A stretch of DNA of 64,000 nt, taken from NCBI RefSeq assembly GCF_023055435.1, contig NW_025963868.1, positions 22,754,001 to 22,818,000 of the forward strand. Direction: 5' to 3'. The stretch comes from Haliotis rufescens. Taxonomy: Eukaryota. The translations under genes and the position numbers were made by a program. Under the pieces are notes generated by a model, which was not told where the DNA came from, ran no database searches, and saw nothing but the letters and a program-made list of their open reading frames with translations. Shown piece by piece: positions 24,426 through 37,830 of this stretch (the stretch's first letter is position 1; each line of letters opens with the position of its first letter).

Positions 24426-25088
24426 TAAGTATCTTTGTTATATATTGGATAGTGTTGTCAATAGTATAATCAGTTCCTCGTTTGTGAGGCAAGCTCCTCA
24501 CAGCGATAGTACGTTCCCGGAGCTCTCTATACTATCGCTGCCACCAGTCAAAACTCCCCACTGTGAAAAGGTGGCCACAACCATGCTTGGAGTTGAACTC
24601 GCAACCGAATGACCATTATGTTTACAAACAAGTGACGACTGTCGTGACGCCAATTACACTTATCGCTGCTAAATTACTTTCTTCGTTTGTCAATTTGAAT
24701 TTTTGTTTCATTAAAACTATCGTATTATTGATATAGTAAGAATGTAAGGGAGAAGTTGGTTGATTTTCCGTTAGTCTGCAATCTCGAACCAATCTGATTA
24801 TCAAAACAACAAAGTAAATTCATCTGGAAAACATGGTCAGTCTTAAACCTTTTCAAAATGAAATATGATGGCATTCCCAAAGACATAAAAAGAAGTATAA
24901 ACGTTACTACATATGGGGTTGGAGGGCAAATTTCAAGATTCTTGTAATGGCCGCGCCCACACAGGTGGCAGCGATGTTACCGAGAGTGTAACGAAGGTGT
25001 CACACGCTTGGAAGGAGCTTGGTTTGTGAGGGTTAGAAGGGAGGTAACTGTGTTTGGAATTGTCCTGATTACCTCCCTTGGCTTATGA

Positions 25089-25337
<249 letters not shown>

Positions 25338-25589
25338 TAGCTAATTATACTCACTAAAACATTCATCTTGGATTCTTAGCTTAAAACCTTTTTTCTATTT
25401 AGGAAAAAAGTTTTGGAATGATTTTGTTAAAAATTTGATTTTCGTGAAGTTAAGTGAATTTTGAAGTATTTTAAACTTGAAAGTTTCTTCTAAAATCTAT
25501 GCACACACATTAAAGAAATGTTGAAAAATATTACCATTACTTATCAACCATCTTCTCTAGACCAACATTATCAATCTTCTCTGTTACAG

Positions 25590-25649
25590 TGCAAGGAGAT
25601 TCTACAAGAAGAGGAAGATGTCTCAGAAATTGTACAGTTGGTCGGAAAG
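25590..25649 (+). CDS. ATP6V1A: ATP6V1A exon 12
   Basis: CKEILQEEEDVSEIVQLVGK. Confidence 0.95.
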
Positions 25650-25764
25650 GTAGATCTACAGTCTGTCCCTTTAGGATTCCACAGCAAGGAATATCCATTT
25701 GACAAGTGTTCCACTCTCCAGAACATTCATGAATAGATCTTCAACAATAAATATAAATAAGTTA

Positions 25765-26047
25765 TCCATGAGGATCCGGGGTAGAATAGATCTTCAGCAA
25801 CCCATGCTTGCCGTAATGCAAACTCATTATGCTTGTTGTAAGAGGCGACTAACGGGATCGGATGGTCAGGCTTGCTGACTTGGGTTATGCTTGTCATTGT
25901 ATCCCAATTGCGTGGATCGATGCTCATGATATCCATCACTGGATTGGCCATGTTGGCTGGTCCAGATTTGAATATATATACAGACTGCCATCATATACCT
26001 GTAATATTGATGAGTGTGGCTCTAAACAACAAACAAACAAACAAACA
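25765..26047 (+). mobile_element. Family C copy
   Basis: Matches the consensus; (ACAA)n tail. Confidence 0.85.
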
Positions 26048-26341
26048 TTTTTGAACAGACGCATCTTTATCATTGCTTGTCACAGAAGTCAAGCTGATTG
26101 ACCTGTTGCTGACTGGTGGCTCAAAGAAGTTGCAATTTGCTGTGCAGAGTTGCATCCCTTAGCTTTGTCAGAAAACACTGATCATGGGTTCAAATCCCTG
26201 TTCACTCTGTGCTTGGAGGTTTGCCAGCACTTGTGCCCATAGGTTTCACCAACAAGGAAAGACCTGTATCACAAGCTGACTCACTGTGATGTAACTGAAC
26301 TACTGTTCAAAGTGTTGATCTCACTTTCTCTCTCTCCTTTT

Positions 26342-26627
26342 GGGGGCACGGGTGGCCCAGTCGTCTAATGCGCTGTGATTAGCTGTGCAGAGTTGCGTTC
26401 CTTGGGCACGCCAGAAACCTATGATTGTGGGTTCGAATCCCGGTTCGCCCTGATTATGTTTCTAGGTTTGTCAGCACCATACCCGTGCTCATGGATTTGA
26501 CTGAAGTGGTAAATGTCTGAGACCTGCATCACTTCGGGCTTTCCTCCCACATTAAGCTCATAAGCCGTGATATAACTGGAAGACTGTTACAAGCGGTGTT
26601 AAACCCAACTCACTCACTCACTCACTC
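26342..26627 (+). mobile_element. tRNA-derived SINE family B (~280 bp, (ACTC)n tail)
   Basis: A-box-like TGGCCCAGTCG, B box GGTTCGAATCCC, core GGGCTTTCCTCCCAC; similar copies at 39585 and 60209. Confidence 0.9.
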
Positions 26628-26644
26628 TCTCTTTTTGTACACAG

Positions 26645-26739
26645 GGCTCTCTGGCAGAACCAGACAAGATCCTCCTTGAGGTTGCCAAACTCATCAAGGA
26701 CGATTACCTGCAGCAGAACGGCTACACTCCGTACGACAG
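26645..26739 (+). CDS. ATP6V1A: ATP6V1A exon 13
   Basis: [32 protein letters not shown]. Confidence 0.96.
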
Positions 26740-27294
26740 GTGGGTGTCCCCATCCTCAGTGGGGATTCCGGGGCAGAATGGCTAAACGCCTCAGACATTA
26801 AGTTGTTTGTGGTCAACCTCAATGATGTCCTCCGGAATTCTCAGGCAGAATAGTTCTATTGCTTTAGAGGGATTTATATCAGATTCAAAACTATGTGCCC
26901 TTGGCAGACAAAATGGAAAAAATAACGTTCTTTTGTTCAAAATTGGGACTTTCTTTTCTTAAATTATTATCCTTATTTCTTTAATTCACCCAATCTAGTT
27001 CAATGCAAAAATGTCAAACTTAACATTAAAGCCTCTTGTTGTCAGTGAAGCCCATTTCTGGAGTCCCCCGCCGTGATATTGCTGGAATATTGCTAAACTC
27101 ACTCACTCACTCTTGTTGTCAGTGACATGCAAGTCATCTCTGTATAGCCATAACATTTATAGTTATTACTATAATAACATAATTTGGGAGTTTTTACTGA
27201 CAATTGCTTCAGACTTCAGAATGAAGGCCTCTGAGCAGGTCCTGAGAATTCCTTCTCCACTTTGATTTCTGTATAATTATGTGTCAACAACTAA

Positions 27295-27436
27295 TTGTTC
27301 GCTCGTCACCCTGAAGACATGAGTTCGATGCCTCACATGGGTATGCTGTGTTGCCCATTTCTGGTGGCCCCTGGGGTGATATTGCTTGAATGTTGCTAAA
27401 AGCAGCATAAACCCATACTCACTCACTCACTCACTC
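27295..27436 (+). mobile_element. SINE family A copy ending 14 nt before ATP6V1A exon 14
   Basis: Degenerate body plus (ACTC)n tail. Confidence 0.85.
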
Positions 27437-27450
27437 GCTCTGTTCCCCAG

Positions 27451-27622
27451 GTTCTGCCCCTTCTACAAGACGGTGGGCATGTTGAAGAACATCATCGCAT
27501 TCTACGACCTGGCCCGGCACGCCGTGGAGAGCACGGCACAGAGCGAGAACAAAATCACCTGGGCCATCATCCGAGACCAGATGAACGACATCCTCTACAA
27601 ACTCAGCAGTATGAAGTTCAAG
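27451..27622 (+). CDS. ATP6V1A: ATP6V1A exon 14
   Basis: [57 protein letters not shown]. Confidence 0.97.
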
Positions 27623-28001
27623 GTCAGTCCCACAATCTCACAGCCGACCAGGGTTAGAAGGAGACTACACTGAAGGGTGTGACGATTGTTGCACAGTGAA
27701 TGCATACTCGTGTGTTTGATATGTATTTCAGAGCCCACCAGATCAGTTTATTTAACAGAATGTTAATTTATTACATGCCAGCATATTGCTGTACAATTTG
27801 CTGCAACACTCACACTTATGAGACCTAGTTGCAGAAAGGGCTGACATCTCGATACAACAAGGGCACATTATAATGGTCTCAAGCCACCATATGACACACT
27901 GTTTGATGGAGATGTATCGCTAGATCAGGTGTCCATGGCCTGGTGACAATACATCGATGACATAAGGAACTAAATGGTCAACTTCCCTTACTTCCTAAAC
28001 T

Positions 28002-28315
28002 GACCCCCTTCGTGGTTTAGTGGATAGCGTGGAATTCAGAATGTCGGTGGTTTGATCTCCGTGTCATACCAAGAGACGTTAAAAGATGTTGCCTTGCCTG
28101 GCGCTCGGCAGTAGGGGCTAAAACAAGGACTGGTCATTTGGAGTCAGTACACTGTGTCTGAGTGGGGTATTCATGTTAAGCAGCGGCATGGTATCTCAGT
28201 GAGCTAGCACTATAAATCGGCATCAGTCCGGACTAGCTCTTTATCATTAGTACAAGCAGTGCCACCATGTTGCTATAAACGTGCAATAATCTTAATGTTA
28301 AACCCCATTTCACCT
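28002..28315 (+). mobile_element. SINE family D copy
   Basis: Core shared with the 50987 copy. Confidence 0.7.
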
Positions 28316-28429
28316 CACCTGCTTCCTAGACGCATGACCACACAATCTTCTGAATCTTGTACTGGGCTACATATTATAATACTATCACAATGCTATTTTG
28401 AAAATTGTAGCAGTTTGATGGCACAACAG

Positions 28430-28603
28430 AATCACTGTGGGTTCAAGACAAGGTTCGCCCTGATTATGTTTCTAGGTTTATCAGCACCATACCCGTGCTC
28501 GTGGGTTTAACCAAAGTGTTAAATGTCAGAGACCTGCATCACTTCGGGCTTTCCTCCCACATTAAGCTGACTCCCCATGATATAACTGGAATAATGTTCA
28601 AAA
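28430..28603 (+). mobile_element. SINE family B, partial (runs into the assembly gap)
   Basis: B-box remnant and core. Confidence 0.8.
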
Positions 28604-28732
28604 NNNNNNNNNNNNNNNNNNNNNNNNNNNNNNNNNNNNNNNNNNNNNNNNNNNNNNNNNNNNNNNNNNNNNNNNNNNNNNNNNNNNNNNNNNNNNNNNN
28701 NNNNNNNNNNNNNNNNNNNNNNNNNNNNNNNN
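28604..28732. other. Assembly gap (129 N) in the last ATP6V1A intron
   Basis: Run of N; the CDS is complete on either side. Confidence 0.99.
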
Positions 28733-28858
28733 AGTTGTAAAGTTACAAAAACATCGCAATTATATTGATACCTATCCCAATGCTATTGCGGTGATGAAAA
28801 TGCCATCGAAAACCACACCAATTGTGACCGTTTTGATATTTCCCAAACTTATTTCCAG

Positions 28859-28951
28859 GACCCAGTCAAAGATGGCGAGGCTAAGATCAAGCAGGACTTT
28901 GATGAACTCAACGAGGAGATGCAGACAGCATTCAGGAATCTAGAAGACTAG
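28859..28951 (+). CDS. ATP6V1A: ATP6V1A last coding exon
   Basis: [33 protein letters not shown]. Confidence 0.96.
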   Translation, partial: [30 protein letters not shown]

Positions 28952-31357
28952 ACCAAGGTCAAGGTCACCCGACATTGTGATACGAAGGCTGTGTTTTTAA
29001 TGTGGACCATATTTCTCTGTTAGAATACAACATGTAGGTACTACACTAGTGAGTCATTTTGTGAATGTTTTACCAAAAGGCACGGAATCAAATGTTCAGC
29101 TTAACCATTCAGATTGTCAAGTCATATTTAGTTCTGGTTATTCCATATCTTTCAATCCTGTCTCTGCACAGTCACGGAGAGTTTGGTTAACCATTTCCGA
29201 TCTTTAATCAAACTTGGCCTTACTTTGTAGCTATGTGTGTATCCAACATTTGAGAATATTTGGTAACATAGTTTCCATAATATACAACGGACTGTATTCC
29301 CGGAATGGCTGTAGATAGAGCGGGTATTTTGTAAATATGGATGTATTGATTGAATCAAGATTACGACTGCTTTGTATGTATAAATTGAACATCATCATCG
29401 CCAAATAAAACTACAGCAAATTACATATCCCATTTCAGCTGTGACTCGTAGTACGATGTAGGATATGTGGAAACATACCACTCAACGTTTGATAAGGATG
29501 CTGTGACGTTTCATTTTATGGACGAATACATATCTCACTTCCTCTCCCCATTCTGAAGCTGAAATTTGTCCTTTGTGAATAGCTGCAATATTGCTGATAC
29601 TTCGGTTAGCAAAATTCACTCACTCACTCACTTAAATGCGACAGTTCCATGGCACTACTGTCGTCATGACAACATATCTAACCAGTCAGTCACATTCACC
29701 TGGATGTCCTTATAAAAAGTTGAGTGATATGTTACTGCAGGTAAAGCATTAATATGAAAATTTGCAAAATAGAAAATGTTAAAAAGAGATGAATTTTGAA
29801 AAACAAGCCATAGTAAAAGGTTACAGTGTCTCGTTAAACAAATGTCTGTTAAGAACAATTGTATTCTTTTGAATGAAATCCACTCTTTCTTTGAGTGAAT
29901 GACACAAATTGTGAAGTCTTGTATTGTGATAGTGTATGTCCACACAGTTTAGAACAGAGCATGGAGTTTGTCAGAATTTCACCCCAGAGTACAAGAGTGT
30001 TGTTGAGAAGAATTGTTCAGTGAACTCACCATTCCATCCCATTATTGATTCTTTAAGAGGGGAATCCATTGTTTACATGGTATGTTTCTCTGAAAATAAT
30101 TTTCAGATTGATATTATTGGACATTTTGTTTGTTTGTTGACGAATGTTTATTAAAGAAGAGAACTTTGTATTCTAAATGAGATATAATGTTCAAGTGTGA
30201 ACTAGTTATGAATTTTTTTGTAATGTTATTACAATTTCTTTGATCTGCCCTTAACATGAACTGGTGATCTGTAACAAGATAGAATGTCTTGAGTAGGTAT
30301 TTGATGACAGAAGTCAAAACTATTTCAATCTTATTTCAATTTGGCATGATGTGTGCAACTCATTTTCTAAATCAGGTAATATCTAGTTCAGGTGACAGAT
30401 GCTCGAAATAAAAAAATGAACACCTTTTCACAGGACTTTCTGAATTCACAGGATTTTTTGAATTGGCAGGACGTGTTGACGCTGTCAGAGTGTTTGCTGA
30501 TTACATATGTCATAATGCGAGTCCACCTTGAAATTTGTTTGACATGTGTCATTTGTAATCTATTTCATGAAGCACTTTGTTGAGACAAGTTTACATCAAG
30601 TTCATCCATTGGCTAGTTATGATCAATAGTCTAACCCAGTGTTATACGGAAGAAGTAAATGCATGGCCGTTTCATTTCGTTCATAATTTGATTTGATGCA
30701 CACATTTTTATACACATACCAATTTCTTTTCCATTAAATGCTGTCGGATATTTATTTCTGTGGGTATCACTGTATAGTTCCAAGAAGATTTAATCCTGTT
30801 CTGTATGCAGTATTTTAACTCATGCACTATGTATATGAAAGTAGAAGAATCTTGTATGATTTGTTTCCTTTGGTGTAGGCTAGCTAGCTAGCTTGTGGAT
30901 ACGTTTAGCAGAAGGATTGAGCCTGAACAGGAAAGGGTCAGGACCGTTCACCATGGTCTCCAGTTTTCTGCCCCCAAATAATCCTGTGTCATCATGAGTG
31001 ATTTAAGCAGAATCAGTTTTAGAACAAATTTGTCCTCATTCAAATCAGAGCATGGAAAGACTGTGAAAGTACTAGTCATGAGTAGTATCCCTTGGTTTGT
31101 CTTCCTGACGTGGTAACCCTCCTTGATAGTTGTCAATTTTCTGCTCACTGGAATGGAATTGTAAAGTGATAACATGGCTTCTCAGATTTTCATCAGTAAT
31201 CTCTTTGATGACCTGTAGGTCATTAGCTGCAACAGTTGCCTCCCCTAGTTTGGGGATCGGCTGTGACCCACCATCCCCACCTGTCAGTCATGTGCCACCT
31301 ATGCTTCTTGTTTGCATGTGAGGGCGGAGTTGACAGGCTATGATATTACCATTACCA

Positions 31358-31363
31358 AATAAA
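31358..31363 (+). terminator. Candidate ATP6V1A polyadenylation signal (alternatives near 29404 and 30407)
   Basis: AATAAA followed by GT-rich TGTCTGTTGTTTT. Confidence 0.4.
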
Positions 31364-31691
31364 TATGCTGGAAAACTAACATGATGTCTGTTGTTTTGAG
31401 AATGAAATCAGTGAGATTGAACTTGGTGTAGTTTGAAATATAAAAAGGAGTGTTGTTTTACGCGATGGGTCAGGCAGCAATATGACAGCTATCTCATACT
31501 AAAGGTAAATATTTGAGTCTCAACCAGGCAGCACAATGGTTGAGAGATGTTGTCTGGGAATAACTGCATCAGGATGCTTCATCCAACAGTGACACGTAGA
31601 TATTTAATACTGCTAAACAAACTGTGGAGGGTGACAAGATGCACATGGAGTCCTATGTTGACTTGACACATGCACTGTAGCAAATCTTCCA

Positions 31692-31864
31692 AGGGGGCGG
31701 TCGGGTAGCCTAGTGGTTAAAGCGTTCGCTCGTCACGCCGAAGACCCGGGTTCGATTCCCGACATGGGTACAATGTGTGAAGCCCATTTCTGGTGTCCCC
31801 CGCCGTGATATTGCTGGAATATTGCTAAAAGCGGCGTAAAACCAAACTCACTCACACACACTCA
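31692..31864 (+). mobile_element. tRNA-derived SINE family A (~165 bp, (ACTC)n tail), full length with 19-bp TSD
   Basis: A box TAGCCTAGTGG, B box GGTTCGATTCC; TSD CACTGTAGCAAATCTTCCA on both sides. Confidence 0.93.
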
Positions 31865-32848
31865 CACTGTAGCAAATCTTCCACTTGCTGTTACTGACGG
31901 CAAGGCTTATGCAGATATGCGGGTTCCATTTAAAGGTTGTTTCTTCTGAAGTGGGTTTAGCAGTACGTTGGTGCACAGAGAATGAGTGCCACCCCCTTTC
32001 ATACGCCTGATGCCAAGCCCGGCGAAGCAGGATGCCATGAAATGTTTATCTTGTATGCGGATTTCAAAATTTGAAGCTTATTTTGAGTGTCAAATCAATA
32101 AAATATTTATCCCAAAGCTCATGAGCATGCATGGTCATGCATTCTACACGAAAATTCCAGTCTAATTTACTCGAAAGTTCTTAAACTGGATGCCAAAACA
32201 AATTAAGTAGTGTTCCAATTCCAAGAGGTTGAGGGTCGGCACCCACAAGGACCATAACTAGGGCAAAACTGGGATTAAAACAGCCACAATCAGCACATCC
32301 TGGGGTGGCTAAGGGAAACCACTCTGCAAAGAACCTTAGGCCACTGAGCCATCCATTTACGCATATTCACATCAGACAAAAATGAAAACAACACCATGAG
32401 TTCATAAAATACATTTTATATAGCTCTAAATAGCAGGATATAGTAGTGAAAACAGAAATATGAAATCTGTCACAAGCAATGAAAATATACACGTAGGCCT
32501 GCTATACACCACACAATGTTATAGTTAAATACATGGCTACATGTGTTAGCACCATCAAAATCAGGTAAAAATCGCAACAATCGTTCAAAGCTACAGTGAC
32601 ATGAAAAAGGCTTCCACCACATCTCCACTTCCCAGTGACTAGTTTTATCCACTGCGTTCTGTGTTCACTTGACAGATATTTTTGACAGTTGATAATATTA
32701 CAAAATAGGTAGATGTTCTGACTGACAAAATCATTCAAATCTGGAATCAATGTTTGTCAACAAAAATTCATGAGACAAGATTCTTCACAATCGAAGGCAT
32801 ATGGTTCTTATATTTTACTTGGCATATGGAATCGCCAACCAGGTCTTA

Positions 32849-33005
32849 AGAGTGAGTATGGTTTTACGCCGCTTTTAGCAATATTGCAGCAATATCACGG
32901 CGGGGGACACCAGAAATGGGCTTCACACATTGTACCCATGTCGGGAATCGAACCCGGGTCTTCGGCGTGACGAGCGAACGCTTTAATCACTGGGCTATCC
33001 ACCCC
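32849..33005 (-). mobile_element. SINE family A copy
   Basis: TSD ACCAGGTCTTA. Confidence 0.9.
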
Positions 33006-35651
33006 ACCAGGTCTTAGAAACAAAAAAGGAAGAGAGACTTCTGAGAATGATATTTCTAAGTTGTCATAAGCAATTCTCGGAATGAACTGGGTTTAACCAG
33101 CCCCAAGCAATAGTGATCTTAAGTCATTACAGGATTGGTGACTCCATAGACCAACTAATACTGTCATACCAAGAATCACGATCAGGGGGAATTGAGGATT
33201 CTGGCATGCCTAAGGGACATAACTCTGCACACCGAACCTAAGATGACTGCCACGTGTGCCCATATACATATATCTGATAATATGTATAGTGTCTGTCATA
33301 TGTATACAGTGAGTAATCATATGTGTTTCAGTATGAAGAAATCAATGAACAGATTATCAAAAAAAGTAGGTGGTGTCTTCATAATGACTTTCAACAAGTA
33401 ACGTAAAATTACGTAAACATTAATACATCCAACAGTTATAACTTTCTGTTGGAATCGGCTGATTATTGCTTTGCCATTAATAAGGAAACAGCAAGTGATG
33501 AAATCATTCTTGCACATGCCTATATGTATATCTATGTACAGAAACAATCTGAGGTATGTCGGCAGTATTATGATCATTGTTTCACCATCACCAGTCGAGG
33601 GTATTTTTGTTTCTGGTGATTAACACCCATAGCACATCCACAAAGAGGAGGAGCTATGAGAATGTTCACCCAATCAGATTTCAGCGTTATTCTGTCGCTA
33701 TGGATCCTATGTTTTCAACCGCGTCCATCATTCGTTTTTCACTCGTCTCTGCAATGTTTTGTTACAGAATCTAGTGGGGTTTATTTAAAATTCAGAAAAT
33801 ACAAACCAACCCAATAATCAACACAACCAAAATTATCATGTAATGGACAGTGTTATCGGTAGATAAATCAATCCAATTATCTTGGCATCACAATCCAATA
33901 AAAATCTGTAAATGAGGTCAGCTCGCAGGAACTACTTTCACTCAGCTTTGTACATCGTTTGGATGCCTACTTGCTTAAAGATCATCACATAACATTCCCT
34001 ACATGATTAGATAGTGATTTCCCGGTGCGTGAGTGCTTATGTTAACAAACAAGCCTGGAAATCATTTGGCACTACATTTTAAATGGGGCAGTTCACTCAG
34101 GCTCTGTATTCCTATGCAGATTATAAAGCTACTAAAGTGAAAATAGCTATATGTATTAAACCTGGATTCTTTAAAGAATGAGATCATGATAAACAAATTA
34201 TTAGCCGCCTGTCTTTCTGTATCATAAATATCACATTAGGAATACAAATATGTATACTCTCACCAGCTAGCATAATACAAATTTTATTCCGAATTTACAA
34301 TATTATGATTCAAATACAACTTTTGTGAAATTTTTCTATAAACCTACTTTTTCCATAATTTTAGACCAAAAAAAGCTGCAAAGTTCAAAGTCACCGTAGA
34401 CATTTTTGTTGCACATTGCAGACTTACCATGCTGAGATACAGACACCTGTTGACGTCACCCATTAATCAAAGTAAACAATATGCCAATTACAGCAGGGGT
34501 AATTAATGAACAAAAATACCTTGGCCGCTGTTGGCCAGCAATGAATAAACATATTCATAAAAATTATCATCACACAAACTAACATATAAGTAACATCAAG
34601 TTATAACAAAAATTGGGCCACAATATTCCTCGCAATACATGTTTTCAAAATGTAATGTTTATACAATGCAAACTGTTCATGGTTGGTCACCCTGTTAATT
34701 CCTAACACATCATTGACCTCATACAAACTTTTTTCTTACCTTGTGCTTCAGTTTGCCAAGGGTTTCTGGTCATTGTTGACAAGGCTCCCATCTATCTAAA
34801 CTAGTGCCTGATTTCTCGTAGGCTGTCATCAGACAACACAAAATCTACCATTCAGCGGTCTACAGGTTTTGAGTGAAAACAAACGGCAAAATTTTGTTAA
34901 GTAATATTGTTACCGAAAAAAATGAACACAAAGTAATTTGTAATATTATACTAATAATTTTTATCAAACAAAACAAACTTTCAAAGTGTTGACATATCTC
35001 CATGTACATTTACAGTCATAATTAAGAATGATACGCATGAGCATCTATCAACGGAAATGGTACCGATTTGTACCACATAGTTTGGATGTCACCACTTTTT
35101 AGCAAAAACACTGAGTATGCGGACCCAGTCTAAGTTCACAGGACAGTTTCTGAGCAACATGACCTGGATCTGATACCCAGCTCATCTATGTCACAGATAA
35201 TGGGTCACTTCATTTGTGTCATCCTAATCTTTGCAAAGACAGAAAAGACAACCCACAGATTCATCCAAGATTTCAAACTATGTGCCCCATGCCAGGCAAA
35301 TTGAAGTAAAAACATATTTAGTCCAAAATCAAAACTTTATAAAGTTAATAGTTTCTTAAATTTAGGTGTTTGGAATTTAGAATTTAGATTGCAGCCAATG
35401 CAATGAATACAAAGTTTCTTCTTTATTAGCCCTGTAATCAGTTTGCTAGAAGTCCATCTTGCAAAGCCATGACATCCCTTGCAATTATGCTAACCTGAAC
35501 AGAAGTTTTGTAATGGGCAATTTGGACATTTTAAAGATAAAAATTTGCTGAAGACTTCTTGTTGAGTGAGTTTAGATATAGAACCACAGTTATTCCATCA
35601 CAGAACAGAAGGTGACACTTACTGCCATCCATTTCAGTATTACTGATATAG

Positions 35652-35823
35652 TGAGTGAGTGAGTGAGTGAGAGGTTTTATGCCGCTTTTAGCAATATTCC
35701 AGCAATATCACGGTGGAGGACACCAGAAATGGGCTTCACACATTGTACCCATGTCAGGAATCAAACCTGGGTCTTCGGCGTGACAAGTGAAAGCTTTAAC
35801 CACTAGGCAACCCGACCGCCCCT
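35652..35823 (-). mobile_element. SINE family A copy
   Basis: TSD TACTGATATAG. Confidence 0.9.
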
Positions 35824-36232
35824 ACTGATATAGAAGTGCCACATTGTCCTCATAACACATGCAGCAGCTATAAAATGTTCCCTTATGGGATTTCAACCAC
35901 AGACCTTTTAACGCCATGCTACACACACACCATAAATTACATACATGTACTAGTATATACATATGTGAAAGCAAGACTTAATGTACATAAATAAATAAAA
36001 TATTTGTGAGCCAGCAATAACGCAGCTGAAGTTCGACACTGAACAACCAGTGGGAGTCTGCTGTTCATGGCAGCTCTTGTTCATCAACATCATGTCAAAA
36101 TGGATAATGTATTTCTGCATTGCAATACAATCACAGGGCCACATTTGTGAAGTGAGAACCATGCCTCTAAGGATGATCCTAATACACAACTCAACATCTC
36201 ATGGGGATATTCTGAGAGTCCAGGTTGGGGGA

Positions 36233-36738
36233 CATCTTCCTGAGGCAAGGGAGTTTTACTGAAAAGTCCAGTTTCCAGGCTTGCTGAACTTGGCTGGAAT
36301 TTTGTGGTTCAATCATAGTGCCAGCAGTGGTTAATATGAGTTATGTCCCTTCTATGTCCCCCCTACAGACCACTCACCTCTCATATCACTTCATATTGCT
36401 TAAAAAAAAATGGTGGCACCAAGTCAAGACAATCACATCGATAATATAGATTTGTTTTGCAACAAAACAGGTTTCACCTCGCAAAGTGCATCAAACCACT
36501 TAAAGACCTAGATTAAGATTATGAAAAGGCTTGGAAAATATCTGTCATACACGCTCTGCAAATCTTGCAATCGAATGAATTTGGCACAGCACTTGCCATG
36601 TTGTTTAGGAACAGGATGTGGATTTCGTCAGGGATCCTGATTGGACTATGCACAGACTTAATAGTCTTGCCAAAATGCAATTCCATTATTCCAGCAAAAT
36701 TTGGCAATGGTGGAAACTGGACTTTTAAAGTCACTTAA
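36233..36738. mobile_element. MITE family 1 copy
   Basis: Colinear with 5626-6169. Confidence 0.8.
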
Positions 36739-37830
36739 GCCAGCAAGCCTGATCCCGTTAGTCACCTCTTACAAGCATAGTTACCTCTTATGGCAAGCGT
36801 GGGTTGTGCAGTCAGGTAAGAGTGTCGATACATTGTACATACATAGGGACTTGAACAAGAGTAACGAACATGTGCACAGTAGGATCAGGATGAACGTATG
36901 CCATGGATATCAGTGCAACATTTTCAGTAATTCTCACAGGGTATATATATCTGTATCATGCTAGTTGGCAATCAACACCAAATGTCCGACTGTTTCACTT
37001 TTGCTCGCAGCAATGTGTCATCATAGCAATGGGTTTTCGCAAATAATCCAAGATGCCATCTTTGAAGTCACAGGTGGTTTTTTGTAACATCGTTCCAGCA
37101 TCAGACAGACAGCTGATGTCTCCATTTGTGATTGAAATCCCCCCTTTTATCAGAACACAAGGCCATGGGGAAATATATGGAGGAAAATATACCAGCAACA
37201 CGGAAGTACAGATTGTCTCTCCCTCCTGCAATATTTGATACTCATTCCTTGTGATTATTTGTACATTTGTTTGTATACTGAGTGAGTGAGTTAAAGTTTA
37301 ACGTCACATCGGCAATATTTCAGCCATATCGTGACGAATGTTTGTATACTGACACTGCCAACATCTTTGTCTGGAATGTGAGCTGACTACAGGTTTCACT
37401 CCAGGTACATCTATTTTCAGTGAAATAATAGATATTGTTTTGCTCTGCGACACAAAAGCAAGTTTAGAAGTACACATTATATGTAGGACATTGTTGCAAG
37501 ACAATAAAAATATCACTCCTGGCTGAATAATTGAACGAAATGGAAAGGAAAGATACAGTATGTTTTCTCATTTTTCACATTACCCTTCCAGCTCAGCTGT
37601 CCTCTATATTTTCATTGCTTTTCCTTGAAGTTTATTTGAACTTTGAATTTGGCACTGACCGTTGTTCCAATAATTGACCTTGACCTATATCATCCCTTTG
37701 ACCTTGATCTTTATCATCCCTTTGACCTTGGCATTCCATGTTTTGTCTTATCCCACGTCATCAAAGAAGATCAAAGTCACTCTCAGGAATTCTTACAGAT
37801 ACATCACAAGGTCAAGGTCAAGGTCAAGGA

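Noticed and set aside
28604-28732. Missing exon in the N gap
   Set aside because: Flanking exons join in frame (MKFK|DPVK) and give a full-length protein
31692-31770. tRNA gene (Asp-like, with GTC in the loop)
   Set aside because: Continues into a multicopy body and (ACTC)n tail with a TSD; it is a SINE head
29000-37800. Additional gene between ATP6V1A and EI24
   Set aside because: Only short unrecognisable ORFs; AT-rich sequence consistent with long convergent 3'UTRs and SINEs
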